NCBI GenBank assembly: GCA_963841435.1
Contig: CAWJCS010000004.1
Span: 736,001-800,000, forward strand
DNA: 64,000 nt
Direction: 5' to 3'
Source: an uncultured delta proteobacterium
GTDB lineage: Bacteria > Myxococcota_A > Polyangia > Polyangiales > Polyangiaceae
Shown here: positions 39,409 through 49,755 of the stretch, piece after piece
Layout: every line of letters begins with the position of its first letter
Position numbering within the stretch: position 1 is the first letter of the stretch
The notes under the pieces: model-generated
The model's input: the letters and a program-made list of their open reading frames with translations, nothing else
Database searches by the model: none
Told to the model about the DNA's origin: nothing
Translations under genes and position numbers: made by a program

Positions 39409-41190
39409 GTGAGAAACGGCGAGTTCGTCACAGGAGAACCGGTCCCGGGCACGCGCTACCGCGTGCACCGTCTACTCGGTGTCGGCGGCATGGGGTCCGT
39501 CTACGAGGTCGAGCACATGGAGCTCGGCAAACGCTTCGTGCTGAAAGCGCTGCTCAGCGACCTCGCCATGCGCGAAGATCTGGTGACGCGCCTGCGCAAC
39601 GAGCAACGCGCGCTCGGCCGTCTCGAGCATCCGAACATCGTGACCGTGACGGACGCGGGCGTCACGAGCCAAAACGTGCCGTTCTTCGTGATGGAGCGGC
39701 TCGAGGGCGAGACGCTCGGCGCGCGGATCAAGCGCGTGCGAAGGCTCCCGCCGCTCGAAGCGCTGCGCGTCGCAGAGGGTGTGCTCCAGGGGCTTGCGGC
39801 CGCGCACGAGATCGGCGTCGTGCACCGCGACATCAAACCCCCGAACATCTTCCTGGTCGCCGGTAACAAGCCAAAATTATTGGACTTTGGAGTGGCCAAG
39901 ATCGCCGACGCCGGCGGCGCGATCACGGCGCGCGGCGTCGCCGTCGGCACGCCCCGCTACATGTCGCCCGAGCAGGCGAGCGGCGAGCCGGTCGATGGTC
40001 GCTCGGATCTTTACGCCGTTGGGCTCTTGCTCTTCGAGATGATCGTCGGTCACGGGCCCTTCGACGACGCGCGCGACGCGAACGAGATGCTCCTCGCGCA
40101 GCTTGGACGCAGGCCACCGAGCTTGATCGAGTGTGCGCCCGACGTAACACCCGAGCTCGATGCGCTCGTGCAGAGCCTGCTCGCCAAGGATCCCGCGCGC
40201 CGGCCCCAGCACGCGCGGGCAGCCGCGCTGAGCGTCTGCACCGCGCAGCGAGCTTACGGCGCACCCGAGCGTTTCGACACGGCGACACCGCCTGTCGGTC
40301 AGGTCCCCGCCGCGGGTCCCTCGCGCGCGACGTTGCTCGTCGGATCGCCGACGGGGTCGGTCACGGACGCTCCGACGGTGGCAAGAGGCCCAGCCCCGCG
40401 CGAGCACACCAAAGACACGCTCATCGACGACCGAGGCTCCACGCTCACCGGGGAGCTCGGCGCGAGCACGCGGACCGAGCTTTTGCCGGCCGTAACGCCG
40501 CCGGTCGCCAGCGTCACCGAGACGCGCACGCAGGTCCTCATCACGCCGCCGGATGGCGAGCGCACGCTCGATCCGGTTCCCGTCGAGCCTCGGCCGCCTT
40601 CGGTGCCGCCCGGCGAGAGGCCTCGGCGCGGGCGTGCGCTCGTCGCCGCGGGCGTCCTCGCCGTCGGCGGCGGGTTGCTGCTCCGCTCGTTGCTGGCCGC
40701 GCAGGGCGGGGCTGCGGCCGCGCAGCCTCCCGAAGACGTGCTCGGAGGAGACGCGCCGTCGGCTTCGTCGCAGCCGGAGCTCACGGGCGCTTCGCCGCGG
40801 GCGGGCGCCGAGTCCGTGACGGTCGGGCGTGCGGAGTCGCCCGCATCGAGCGTCGGGCTCGGGGCGCCTTCAGGCGCGCTCACGACGAGGTCGGCCTCCC
40901 CGCCGTCGGCGGTCGCGCCGGCATCGGTCCCTCGGGTAGCGACCGGACGACCGCCGTCGACTGCGTCCGCGGTCCCGGCTCCCGTGGCGACGCCCGCGGC
41001 GCCGAAGCCCGCAAAATCGGGGCCGTCCATTCCGACACCCCGGCCCGCGCCCGCCGCCTCCGGGGCCGCACCCACCGCCGCGCGGGCCCCGGCGACCCCG
41101 AAATCCGGCCTGAGCGTTGCTTTGACGCCAGCGGCCGCCCCGTCGAAGCCGGCCCCCGTCCCGACGGGGTTGCCGAGCTCGGGTCTCTAG
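39409..41190 (+). CDS. Membrane-anchored Ser/Thr protein kinase with Pro/Ala/Ser-rich C-terminus
   Basis: LGVGGMGSVY, HRDIKPPNIF, KLLDFGVAK, GTPRYMSPEQ; TM ALVAAGVLAVGGGLLL. Confidence 0.92.
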   Translation: MRNGEFVTGEPVPGTRYRVHRLLGVGGMGSVYEVEHMELGKRFVLKALLSDLAMREDLVTRLRNEQRALGRLEHPNIVTVTDAGVTSQNVPFFVMERLEGETLGARIKRVRRLPPLEALRVAEGVLQGLAAAHEIGVVHRDIKPPNIFLVAGNKPKLLDFGVAKIADAGGAITARGVAVGTPRYMSPEQASGEPVDGRSDLYAVGLLLFEMIVGHGPFDDARDANEMLLAQLGRRPPSLIECAPDVTPELDALVQSLLAKDPARRPQHARAAALSVCTAQRAYGAPERFDTATPPVGQVPAAGPSRATLLVGSPTGSVTDAPTVARGPAPREHTKDTLIDDRGSTLTGELGASTRTELLPAVTPPVASVTETRTQVLITPPDGERTLDPVPVEPRPPSVPPGERPRRGRALVAAGVLAVGGGLLLRSLLAAQGGAAAAQPPEDVLGGDAPSASSQPELTGASPRAGAESVTVGRAESPASSVGLGAPSGALTTRSASPPSAVAPASVPRVATGRPPSTASAVPAPVATPAAPKPAKSGPSIPTPRPAPAASGAAPTAARAPATPKSGLSVALTPAAAPSKPAPVPTGLPSSGL

Positions 41191-41224
41191 ACTAGGTATT
41201 CGGCCCCCCGGGATTTCCCCGGGG

Positions 41225-41313
41225 ACACACCACACGCCCCGGTGCGCGTCCGTCGGGTTCGGTGCTGGCTGCTTCGGCAGCCGGCTTGCCCGCGGCGGGG
41301 CGGAGGCCAAACC
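41225..41313 (+). promoter_or_regulatory. rpsB 5' leader (S2 autoregulatory / t44-like structured RNA)
   Basis: ACACAC..CACACGCCCC pairs with GGGGCGGAGGC; inner hairpin GCTGGCTGC-TTCG-GCAGCCGGC; immediately upstream of rpsB. Confidence 0.7.
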
Positions 41314-41332
41314 GAAAGGAGCAGCGCAACCA

Positions 41333-42235
41333 ATGACTGACGTCCAAACGAGTGCCGATACGGCACCCGAACCAAATCCTACATACGAAGCGCCACCATC
41401 CGACGCGCCGCCACGGCAGCGCGATCCCGCGGCGCCCCTCGGCGTGCGCGAGCTGTTCGAAGCGGGCGTGCACTTCGGCCACCAGACCAAGCGCTGGAAC
41501 CCGAAGATGCGCCCGTTCATCTACGGCGCGCGCAGCGGCATCCACATCGTCGATCTCGACCAGACCGCGCGGCTCTTCAAGCGCGCGTTCGATTTCCTCT
41601 CCGACACCGTCTCGCGCGGCGGCTCGGTGCTGTTCGTCGGCACCAAGCGCCAGGCCGCAGGAGATCGTGCAGGAAGAGGCGCGCCGCGCCGGGCATGTTC
41701 TTCGTCACCAACCGCTGGCTCGGTGGCACCCTCACGAACTTCCGCACCATCAAGGGTGGCCTCGATCGCCTGCGCACCCTCGAGCGCATGCGCGAGGACG
41801 GCACGCACGAGCAGCTTCCGAAAAAGGAGGTCGTGCAGCTCGAGAAGGAGCGCGCGCGGCTCGAGAAGTACATCGGCGGCCTCAAGGGCATGGGCGCAGC
41901 TGCCGCAGGCGGTGTTCATCATCGATCCGGCGCAGGAATCGATCGCCGTCAGCGAAGCGCGCAAGCTTCACGTGCCGATCGTCGCCATCACCGACACGAA
42001 CTGCGATCCGGACCTCGTCGACTACGTGATTCCGGGCAACGACGACGCCATCCGCTCGGTGCGACTCATCACGGGCGCCGTCGCCGACGCGTGCGTCTAC
42101 GGACTCGCTCGTCGCCGCGAGCACCTGCACGCGAGCGAGCGCGAGGGTGGCGGCGGGCCGGGTCCGCGCGCGGGCAGCGATACCCAGGTCATTTACGCGC
42201 CTCGTGGGCCGCGGGCTGGCGAGGGTGAGAACTGA
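41333..42235 (+). CDS. rpsB: 30S ribosomal protein S2; three +1 frameshifts (about 41655, 41692, 41893) that net-restore the frame
   Basis: [58 protein letters not shown] across three frames. Confidence 0.95.
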   Translation: MTDVQTSADTAPEPNPTYEAPPSDAPPRQRDPAAPLGVRELFEAGVHFGHQTKRWNPKMRPFIYGARSGIHIVDLDQTARLFKRAFDFLSDTVSRGGSVLFVGTKRQAAGDRAGRGAPRRACSSSPTAGSVAPSRTSAPSRVASIACAPSSACARTARTSSFRKRRSCSSRRSARGSRSTSAASRAWAQLPQAVFIIDPAQESIAVSEARKLHVPIVAITDTNCDPDLVDYVIPGNDDAIRSVRLITGAVADACVYGLARRREHLHASEREGGGGPGPRAGSDTQVIYAPRGPRAGEGEN

Positions 42236-42238
42236 GCC

Positions 42239-43177
42239 ATGGCACAAGTCAGCATGCAGAAGGTCAAGGAGCTGCGCGACCGCACCCAGGCGGGGCTCAA
42301 CGACTGCAAGGGCGCGCTCACCGAGGCCGAAGGCGACATGGAGAAGGCCGTCGAGGTCATCCTCAAGAAGGGCCTCGCCAAGAGCGCCAAGCGCGCCGGG
42401 GCGATCGCCGCCGAAGGCGTGGTCACCGCGCTCGTCGCCCCGGACGGCAAAGTCCGGCGTGATCGCCGAGGTGAACATCCAGACGGACTTCGCGGCCCGC
42501 AACGAGGATTTCCTCGCGTTCGTCAACAAGGTGGCCCAGGCGGCATTCACGGCGCGCGCCGGTGCCGACCTCGGCGCCGAGAAGGTGCCCGGGCGGCTCG
42601 GGAACGCTCGAGGAAGCGCGTCAGGCGCTCGTCGGCAAGCTCGGCGAAAACATCGCGATCCGCCGCTGGGATCGCGTCGCGATCGACGGCCCCGGCAAGG
42701 TGCACGCCTACGTGCACCTCGGCGGCAAGGTGGGCGTCGTGCTCGCCACGCGAACCGGCTCCGATGCGGCGGCCAAGTCGCCGAGCTTCGAGAAGTTCGT
42801 CGACGATTGCGCGATGCAGATCGCCGCGATGGCGCCCTCCTACGTGTCCGCCTCCGAGGTCCCCGCGGACGCGAAGGCCAAGCAGACGCAAATCTTCGAG
42901 GCGCAGCTCGCCGAAGAGGGCAAGCCGGAGAAGGCGCGTCCGAAGATCATCGAGGGCAAGATCGCCAAGTGGCTCAAGGATGTGTGCCCTGCTCGAGCAG
43001 CAGAGCGTCCTCGAGCAAGCGAAAAGAGCGTCGGAGCAGCTGCGCGCGTCGCTCGAAAAGGAGCTCGGCGCGGACGTGACGCTCGCGCGCTTCGTGCGCT
43101 TCGAGCGCGGCGAGGGCATCGAGAAGCCCGCCGGTGACGACTTCGCGACCGAGGTCGCGAAGATGGCCGGGGGATGA
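42239..43177 (+). CDS. tsf: Elongation factor Ts; three +1 frameshifts (about 42450, 42588, 42988)
   Basis: [47 protein letters not shown]....KI.EGK, F.RFE.GEGIEK...DFA.EV. Confidence 0.94.
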   Translation: MAQVSMQKVKELRDRTQAGLNDCKGALTEAEGDMEKAVEVILKKGLAKSAKRAGAIAAEGVVTALVAPDGKVRRDRRGEHPDGLRGPQRGFPRVRQQGGPGGIHGARRCRPRRREGARAARERSRKRVRRSSASSAKTSRSAAGIASRSTAPARCTPTCTSAARWASCSPREPAPMRRPSRRASRSSSTIARCRSPRWRPPTCPPPRSPRTRRPSRRKSSRRSSPKRASRRRRVRRSSRARSPSGSRMCALLEQQSVLEQAKRASEQLRASLEKELGADVTLARFVRFERGEGIEKPAGDDFATEVAKMAGG

Positions 43178-44088
43178 GCCTCGCGGCCATCTCGATCGAC
43201 CTCGACGAGATCCATCACTATTACGCGATTCACGGGCTAGAGCCGCCGGCGGCCGGCGCGCACACCGCTTACGACAGCGGGCTCTCGCGGGCGGCCGCCT
43301 GGGCGAGCGGGCTCGATGTGCCGCTCACACTGTTCGTCGTGGGGCGGGACCTCGAACGGCGAGAAAATGCCGACCTCGTTCGCGAGCTCGCGCACAAGGG
43401 TCACGAGGTCGGCAACCACACGCTCTCGCACGGCTACGACCTGACTCGGCTCGACCGAGACACCGCGCGCGCCGAGGTCGAAGGCGGCTCGCGAGCCGTC
43501 GAGGCCGTCACGGGCGCACGACCGAAGGGCTTCCGAGCGCCGGGCTACCTCGTGACGGACGAGCTACTCGACGTCGTCGAGGAGGCGGGCGCTCTTTACG
43601 ACTCGTCGGTCTTCCCCTGTCCGGCGTACTTCGCCGCCAAGGCGCTCAAGCTCTTGGGGCAAAAGCTCCGGGGGAGGTCGTCGCGCGCCATCCAGGGCAG
43701 CCCGCGCGTCCTGCGCGCCCCGACGCGGCCGTACCGGCGCGGTCGGCCGTACTGGCAGGCGGGCTCGGGTTTGCTCGAGCTGCCCGTGCAGGTGACCCCG
43801 GGGAGCCGCCTGCCGTACATCGGCACGACGCTCGTGCTCGCCGGGCCCGACGGCGCGCGGCTCCTGACGCGCACACTCGTCGGCGAGCCGCTCGTGAATC
43901 TCGAGCTCCACGCCATCGACTTCTTGGGCCCCGACGACGGGCTCGGCCCGCTCGCGAAGCACCAGCCCGACGCGCGCGTGCCGTTCGCGCGCAAGATCGA
44001 CGCGCTCACGGCCGTCGTCGAGCTGCTCAAACGCCAGGGTTTCGGCTTCGTGCGCCTCGACGAGGCGGCGCGGGCATTCGCCGCCTGA
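43174..44088 (+). CDS. Polysaccharide deacetylase family (CE4-like) protein
   Basis: [43 protein letters not shown] overlap with tsf. Confidence 0.88.
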   Translation: MSLAAISIDLDEIHHYYAIHGLEPPAAGAHTAYDSGLSRAAAWASGLDVPLTLFVVGRDLERRENADLVRELAHKGHEVGNHTLSHGYDLTRLDRDTARAEVEGGSRAVEAVTGARPKGFRAPGYLVTDELLDVVEEAGALYDSSVFPCPAYFAAKALKLLGQKLRGRSSRAIQGSPRVLRAPTRPYRRGRPYWQAGSGLLELPVQVTPGSRLPYIGTTLVLAGPDGARLLTRTLVGEPLVNLELHAIDFLGPDDGLGPLAKHQPDARVPFARKIDALTAVVELLKRQGFGFVRLDEAARAFAA

Positions 44089-44142
44089 CGAAGGCGCATC
44101 GGACGCCTCCGACCAGCCTCGCGGACCCACCGCCGTTTGGGT

Positions 44143-44568
44143 TCACACGCGACGGAAAAGCAGCACGAAAAGCGCCCCGATGCTCGCACCGACGGCGTCG
44201 GCGACGGCGTCGGCCACCTCGGCGCTGCGGTCGGGCAGCGCAAGCTGATAGACCTCGAGCAGCACGCCGACCAGGATCGCAGCGCCTGCTGCGAGCAGCG
44301 CGAGCTGCCAGCGCCGGAGGCCCGTGAGCTCGTAGCGCACTGCCCGGAAGCCGAGCACGGAGAGCACCAGGAATGCGAGAACGTGCTCGCTCTTGTCGAA
44401 GGGGAGTGGCAGGCGGACGTCAGCGGACGGCTCGATCGGCTGTGCGCCCCCACCCAAGAAGATCGCCAGGGTCCACGCCAGCGCGGGTAAGACGTTCACC
44501 GCGAAACCGCCGCGCACGGCCGGGCGCGGCTCGAAGTTCGCGCGCTCGCGCTCGGCGTCGGTGGTCAT
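44143..44568 (-). CDS. VanZ family membrane protein
   Basis: DK.EH...F.VL, E.YQ..LP.RSAE..D..AD..G. Confidence 0.85.
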   Translation of the reverse strand: MTTDAERERANFEPRPAVRGGFAVNVLPALAWTLAIFLGGGAQPIEPSADVRLPLPFDKSEHVLAFLVLSVLGFRAVRYELTGLRRWQLALLAAGAAILVGVLLEVYQLALPDRSAEVADAVADAVGASIGALFVLLFRRV

Positions 44569-45824
44569 CGTGCCTCGCTCGCGTCCAGATCCGCGGTGTG
44601 CTCCAGCTCGCGACCCTTGGTTTCCGGCAAGAGCCACAGCACGAGAATGAGCGCGAGGGCGGGAAAGACGACGCTCACCCGCAGCACCGGCCCCCAACCC
44701 GACTCGCCGAGCGCACCGATGACGACGGGCGACAACACGTAGCCGATGCGCCCGATGAGGTTGTTCGACCACATGAAGGCGTCGCCGCGGAGCGCCGTCG
44801 GGAAAAGCTCGGCGGTGAAGGTGTTGAGCACCGTGAGGACCGCGCTCACGCCGAAGACGGCGAGGATCATCGAGACAACGAGCAGCGGCCCGGGGGGCAC
44901 CGCGTAGCTGCCGAGCACGCCGAGAACGACGGCGAGGTACACGACCACGGCGCCGGTGCGGCGACCCGCGACGTCGCAAAATTTTCCCACGAAGAACACG
45001 AGCGGCATCGAGACCAGCGCGGCGATCTGGATCACCCCCGCCGCGGCGTGATCGGAGAGCCCAAGCTCACCGAGCGCATAGTCCTTCCAGAAGCTCACCC
45101 CGTTCTGCGTGCAAACGTAGGTGAGAAACCAGATCGCGCCGAGCTCGAGTACTCGGCGGCGGTGCGGCGTGTGCCAAATCGCGGTGAGCGGTCGCCGCGC
45201 CTCGACGCTCGTCTGGGCCTCGAAGCGAGCCGTTTCGCGCAGCCCGCGGCGCGCCCACGCGAGCAGGAGCAACGGCACCACGCCGACGAAGTAGACGCTG
45301 CGCCAACCGAACGCGTGCGTGAGCAGCGGCACCGCCCCCGCGCAAACGACGGCCCCGAGGCCGTTGATCGCGCTGACGACGCCGATCACCATGCCGCGCC
45401 GCTCGGCAGGGTACTCCTCGGCCGCGACCACCATGCTCGTCGCCCACTCGCCGATCAGAAACACGCGCCCCGCGAGCTGGAACAGCGCGAAGCTCCAGAC
45501 GTTCGGGGCGAGCCCGGAGAGCAAGGTGAAGAGCGCGTAGCCGAGGATCGTGAGCGAGAGCACGCGCCTTCGACCCCAGCGATCGGCCTTCGACACGAGC
45601 AGGTACGCGAGCACCGTCCCCGAGTTGATGACGCCGAACAAGAGCCCTGCCCCTGCGCGATCGAGCGCGAACTCGGCGCGGATGCTCGGCAAGACCTGGG
45701 TCAGCGCGAAAAAGTCGTAGCCCTCGAAGAAGGTCGCGACGCTGAGGAAAGCGAACAGTCGACGCTGGTAGGGCGTGAGGCGCGCGGCAGCGGCCCCGGC
45801 GGGGTCGGCGCCGCTTTCGCTCAT
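44565..45824 (-). CDS. MFS transporter
   Basis: [14 protein letters not shown] motif A, GEW......AEE.P..RRG, D..GRR, AELFPT.LRG, LPETKG. Confidence 0.92.
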   Translation of the reverse strand: MSESGADPAGAAAARLTPYQRRLFAFLSVATFFEGYDFFALTQVLPSIRAEFALDRAGAGLLFGVINSGTVLAYLLVSKADRWGRRRVLSLTILGYALFTLLSGLAPNVWSFALFQLAGRVFLIGEWATSMVVAAEEYPAERRGMVIGVVSAINGLGAVVCAGAVPLLTHAFGWRSVYFVGVVPLLLLAWARRGLRETARFEAQTSVEARRPLTAIWHTPHRRRVLELGAIWFLTYVCTQNGVSFWKDYALGELGLSDHAAAGVIQIAALVSMPLVFFVGKFCDVAGRRTGAVVVYLAVVLGVLGSYAVPPGPLLVVSMILAVFGVSAVLTVLNTFTAELFPTALRGDAFMWSNNLIGRIGYVLSPVVIGALGESGWGPVLRVSVVFPALALILVLWLLPETKGRELEHTADLDASEAR

Positions 45825-46615
45825 TCGATGAGGCCGCTCTCGGGGCTCGACGCGTTGGCGTGAGCGCGGCGTGGCATGCGGCCCGCGAGGAACGCCTTGC
45901 GCCCGGAGCTCACCGCCTCGCGCATCGCCTGGGCCATGAGCAACGGATCGCGCGCACCCGCGATCGCCGTGTTCATCAGCACGCCGTGGCACCCGAGCTC
46001 CATGGCGATGCTCGCGTCGCTCGCCGTGCCGACCCCGGCATCGACGATCACGGGCACCTTGGCTTGCTCGAGAATGATGCGAAGGTTGTGGGGATTGCGG
46101 ATGCCGAGCCCGGAGCCGATGGGGGCGGCGAGCGGCATGACCGCAGCGCAGCCGATGTCTTCGAGCTTTCGGCACACGATGGGATCGTCGATGCAGTAGG
46201 GGAGCACCGTGAAGCCCTCCTTGACGAGGATCCTCGCGGCTTCGAGCGTCTGCTCGTTGTCGGGGTAGAGCGTTTTGGCGTCGCCGATCACCTCGAGCTT
46301 GACGAGCTCGGCGACGCCGAGCTCCCGCGCCAGGCGCAGCGTGCGGACGGCGTCGTCCGCGGTGAAGCAGCCGGCGGTGTTCGGCAGGATCGTGTAGCGG
46401 CCGCTCGTGAGGAGGCGTCCGAGCGAGCCTTCGCCGCGCTCGGCGAGATTCACGCGGCGCAGCGCCACCGTGACGACCTCGGCGCCGGAGGCGGCGAGCG
46501 CGAGCTCCGTCTGCTCGACGCTCGCGTACTTGCCCGTGCCGACGAACAGCCGCGAACGAAAGCGGTGGGTGCCGACGACGAGCGCGTCGTCGGCGCTCGC
46601 TTCGGCACTGGTCAC
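45821..46615 (-). CDS. thiG: Thiazole synthase
   Basis: [60 protein letters not shown]. Confidence 0.96.
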   Translation of the reverse strand: MTSAEASADDALVVGTHRFRSRLFVGTGKYASVEQTELALAASGAEVVTVALRRVNLAERGEGSLGRLLTSGRYTILPNTAGCFTADDAVRTLRLARELGVAELVKLEVIGDAKTLYPDNEQTLEAARILVKEGFTVLPYCIDDPIVCRKLEDIGCAAVMPLAAPIGSGLGIRNPHNLRIILEQAKVPVIVDAGVGTASDASIAMELGCHGVLMNTAIAGARDPLLMAQAMREAVSSGRKAFLAGRMPRRAHANASSPESGLIE

Positions 46616-46893
46616 AAGAACCCGGCCTTCTTTGCGGTACCGGTCGTGGGAGCGTCCACGCTGCCCGCGTACACGTCCTCGAGCGCCACCAAATAGTGCT
46701 CGCCCTTGTTGGTGCGGGCGTGCACGAGGTTCGCATCCACCTTCAGCTGCTGGATGCGAGCGATGCTGAGCGTCGAGTTCCCGGCGGCGACGTAGAGCGT
46801 GAGAGCCCGGCCGTCCGGCAAGCCGAGCCAGCCGTCGTCGGCCTTCTTTGCTTCGGCCACCGACATCAAGGCGCTCCAGTGATCGTGGGTCAT
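46612..46893 (-). CDS. Small hypothetical protein (93 aa) upstream of thiG
   Basis: GC3-biased beta-rich ORF; stop overlaps thiG GTG; ends KKAGFL, not the ThiS Gly-Gly. Confidence 0.75.
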   Translation of the reverse strand: MTHDHWSALMSVAEAKKADDGWLGLPDGRALTLYVAAGNSTLSIARIQQLKVDANLVHARTNKGEHYLVALEDVYAGSVDAPTTGTAKKAGFL

Positions 46894-46901
46894 GGGCCCG
46901 A

Positions 46902-46929
46902 AGCTTTGGACGCGGCGCGCTGCTGTCAA
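46902..46929 (-). promoter_or_regulatory. Putative sigma70-type promoter for the orf-thiG-MFS-vanZ operon
   Basis: TTGACA (46929-46924), 16 nt spacer, AAAGCT (46907-46902), then 8 nt to ATG. Confidence 0.5.
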
Positions 46930-47133
46930 GCAGGCTGGGGGCGGCCGCGGACGGCCCGCGAAGATCGCCCGGCAGTCCCACCCTTCGGCGGGTCCGGCCC
47001 GTCCCGCGCGGAGGGAGCGACCGCGGACGCGCGGCTTTCGGGGTGCGCGCGAGCGCGCGCCGTCGCCGCGAGGGATGCCACCCATGGGCGAGGTCGATAG
47101 CAGTGCTCCGCCCGGTCGGCTACGCTCGGTCCG

Positions 47134-47949
47134 GTGTCCGAGAACGGCGAGGCGAGCCCCCAAGACAACGAGACGGGCGCGCACATCGTCGTCGAGGATC
47201 TCGAGCGGCACTTTGGCCGGTTCGTCGCCCTCGCAGGCGTGAGCATGAGCGTCGAGCGGGGCTCGGTGGCCGTCGTGATCGGCGGTTCAGGCGCCGGCAA
47301 GACGACGCTGCTCAAGATCCTGATCGGCCTCGACCGGCCCACGCGCGGCAGCGTCAAGGTGAGCGGCATCGACATCACGCGTCTCTCGGAGCGCGAGCTC
47401 AACCGTGTGCGGCGGCGCTTCGGCATGGTCTTTCAGTACTCGGCGCTGCTCGACTCGATGAACGTGCTCGACAACATCGCGTTTCCGTTGCGTGAGCACA
47501 CGAGCTTGAGAGAGCGCGAGGTGCGCGAGCGAGTTCGCGAAAAGCTCGCCGTGCTCGGGCTCGACGGCACGGAGGAGCGCTACCCAAGCCAGCTCTCCGG
47601 CGGCATGCGCAAGCGCGTCGCCCTCGCGCGGGCGCTCATGCTCGACCCCGAAATCATTCTCTACGACGAGCCCACGAGCGGTCTCGACCCCATCACGAGC
47701 CGAAAAGTCGACGACCTGATCCTCGAGACACGCCAGCGCTTCGGCGTCACGAGCGTCGTCATTTCGCACGACATGGCCGGTGCCCTGCGCATTGCAGACC
47801 GTATCGTGCTGCTCGCGAGCGGTAAGGTCGTCGCGGAGGGGACCCCGCGAGAGCTGATCCAGGGGGGTAGCGACCTCTTGCACGAGTTTGTCGAGTCGAG
47901 CGGCATCGCCGCCGAACGGCTGCTCGGCGACCGCGCGTCGAGCGCCTGA
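47134..47949 (+). CDS. MlaF/Mkl-type ABC transporter ATP-binding protein
   Basis: GGSGAGKT, R.RFGMVFQ.SAL.DSMNV.DN.AFPLREH, LSGGMRKRVALARAL.LDP, YDEPTSGLDPI. Confidence 0.9.
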   Translation: MSENGEASPQDNETGAHIVVEDLERHFGRFVALAGVSMSVERGSVAVVIGGSGAGKTTLLKILIGLDRPTRGSVKVSGIDITRLSERELNRVRRRFGMVFQYSALLDSMNVLDNIAFPLREHTSLREREVRERVREKLAVLGLDGTEERYPSQLSGGMRKRVALARALMLDPEIILYDEPTSGLDPITSRKVDDLILETRQRFGVTSVVISHDMAGALRIADRIVLLASGKVVAEGTPRELIQGGSDLLHEFVESSGIAAERLLGDRASSA

Positions 47950-48025
47950 AACCGGACCCGGTCGCCCGCCGGGGCCCCGCGCAGGAGTAGTGCCAGCCGC
48001 GGCTCCGGGTTAGCCTCGACGAGAT

Positions 48026-49006
48026 ATGGCGCTCACGCTTCTGGTCACCGGTGCCGCAGGCTTCATTGGAAGTCACGCTGCGGCCGCGCTAGCCGCCCGC
48101 GGCGATCGCGTGATCGGCCTCGACAGTTTCGACACGTACTACGACCCCGCGCGCAAGCGCGCCAACGTCGCCGAGGTGAGCGCGACGGCTCCCCAGGGGT
48201 CGTTCTCGCTCGTCGAGGGAGACGTGCGCGACGAGGCGCTCGTCTCGCGCCTGTTCGACGAGCATTCGTTCGACGCCATCGTGCACCTTGCGGCGCTCGC
48301 GGGCGTGCGCGCGTCCGTCGAGCAGCCCAAGCTCTATTACGACGTGAACCTCGGCGGCACGCTCGCGCTGCTCGACGCCGCGCGAGCGCACGGCTGCCGT
48401 CGCTTCGTGCTGGCGTCAACCTCGTCCGCGTACGGTTCGAGCCCGCGTGTCCCCTTCGTCGAGGACGACCCGGCCAATCGCCCCCTGGCCCCTTACCCGG
48501 CGAGCAAGCGCGCCGCCGAGATGCTGGGACACGCGTACCACCACCTGCACCGTATCGGCTTCATCGCGCTGCGCTTCTTCACGGTGTACGGCCCGCGCGG
48601 ACGCCCCGACATGCTCACCTACAAGCTCGTCGAGGCGATGCGCACGCGCGAGCCTATCCCGCTCTACGACGGCGGCAAGCTGCTGCGCGATTGGACGTAC
48701 GTCGCCGACACGGTCAAGGGCATCGTGGCGGCCACCGACGCCGAGCTCGGCTACGAGATCATCAATCTCGGCTGCGGGTCGCCGGTGCTGGTGTCGGACT
48801 ACATCCGGGCGTTCGAGAGGCTCACGGGCCTCACGGTGCCGACGCGCCCCGCGCCGCGACCGGAGGCCGACGTCGAGCGCACGCACGCGAGCATCGACAA
48901 GGCGCAGCGCTTGCTCGGCTACACGCCGAGCGTCGGCGTGGCCGAGGGGGCGCGCCACTTCCTCGAGTGGTACGAGAAGGCCGTCGCGCCGCTCAGCAGC
49001 GGATGA
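48026..49006 (+). CDS. NAD-dependent epimerase (UDP-glucuronate 4-epimerase-like)
   Basis: VTGAAGFIGSH, HLAA.AGVR.S, Y.ASK, LRFFTVYGPRGRPDM, RDWTYV.D. Confidence 0.92.
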   Translation: MALTLLVTGAAGFIGSHAAAALAARGDRVIGLDSFDTYYDPARKRANVAEVSATAPQGSFSLVEGDVRDEALVSRLFDEHSFDAIVHLAALAGVRASVEQPKLYYDVNLGGTLALLDAARAHGCRRFVLASTSSAYGSSPRVPFVEDDPANRPLAPYPASKRAAEMLGHAYHHLHRIGFIALRFFTVYGPRGRPDMLTYKLVEAMRTREPIPLYDGGKLLRDWTYVADTVKGIVAATDAELGYEIINLGCGSPVLVSDYIRAFERLTGLTVPTRPAPRPEADVERTHASIDKAQRLLGYTPSVGVAEGARHFLEWYEKAVAPLSSG

Positions 49007-49755
49007 CGCCGCGCCTCGTCGCGATCACGGATCTTTCGCGCGCCAGCCGCTCGGAGACACTCGATCGACTCGAGCGGCTTTCGAGCGCGGCATCGCCGGG
49101 CACCGTGCTCGTTCAGCTTCGCGACCTCGGGCTTTCGGCGCGCGAGCGGCTCGCGTTCGGCCGCGAGCTTCTCGCCGTTTGCCGCAACACCGGGCAATAC
49201 CTCGCGGTGAACGACCGGCTCGACCTCGTCGAGGTGCTCGACGCCGACGCCGTGCACCTCGGCGAAGCCAGCGTGACGACTCCCGACGCGCGCCGCCTGC
49301 TCGGCGCGCGCTTCCTCACGCGGGCGTGCCACGACCCCTCGCGCGTTGCGGAGCTCGACGCCGACGGCATCCTGCTCTCGCCGATCCTCGCCGCGCGAAA
49401 AGGGCGTTCGGCGCTCGGCGTCGAAGCGTTGAAGGTTGCGAGCGCAGCGCTCGCCGCGCCGAGCCCGCCGACTCCTTCGTCGAGCCTCCCAACGCGTGGT
49501 GGCCCGCCGCCGCACGCTGCGACACACGGTGCGGTGGTTTCGTCGGACGCCGGCGGCACGGCGCGCCGGCCGCGGCTCTACGCGCTCGGCGGCGTCGACG
49601 CGCGCGGGGTAGCGCCCTGTCTCGCTGCCGGGGCGGACGGCGTCGCGGTGATTGGCGCGTGGCTCGATGACGAGAGGGAAGGGGAGCTCGTCGACGCGCT
49701 CGGCATCGGTTGGCACGGCCGCGGCGGCGATGGGAGCGGCCTCGGCGACGGATGA
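49003..49755 (+). CDS. Thiamine-phosphate synthase / TenI family protein
   Basis: VQLRD, VNDRLD, DAVHLG, ACHD, LSPI, YALGGV, GADGVAVI; ATGA overlap with the epimerase. Confidence 0.8.
   Translation: MTPRLVAITDLSRASRSETLDRLERLSSAASPGTVLVQLRDLGLSARERLAFGRELLAVCRNTGQYLAVNDRLDLVEVLDADAVHLGEASVTTPDARRLLGARFLTRACHDPSRVAELDADGILLSPILAARKGRSALGVEALKVASAALAAPSPPTPSSSLPTRGGPPPHAATHGAVVSSDAGGTARRPRLYALGGVDARGVAPCLAAGADGVAVIGAWLDDEREGELVDALGIGWHGRGGDGSGLGDG

Noticed and set aside
41333-43177. rpsB and tsf as pseudogenes or programmed frameshift genes
   Set aside because: Both are essential, no slippery heptamers are present, and the same single-base insertion pattern occurs across unrelated genes.
46930-47120. 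TPP riboswitch upstream of the thiG operon
   Set aside because: No CUGAGA core on either strand, and the region lies upstream of the candidate promoter.
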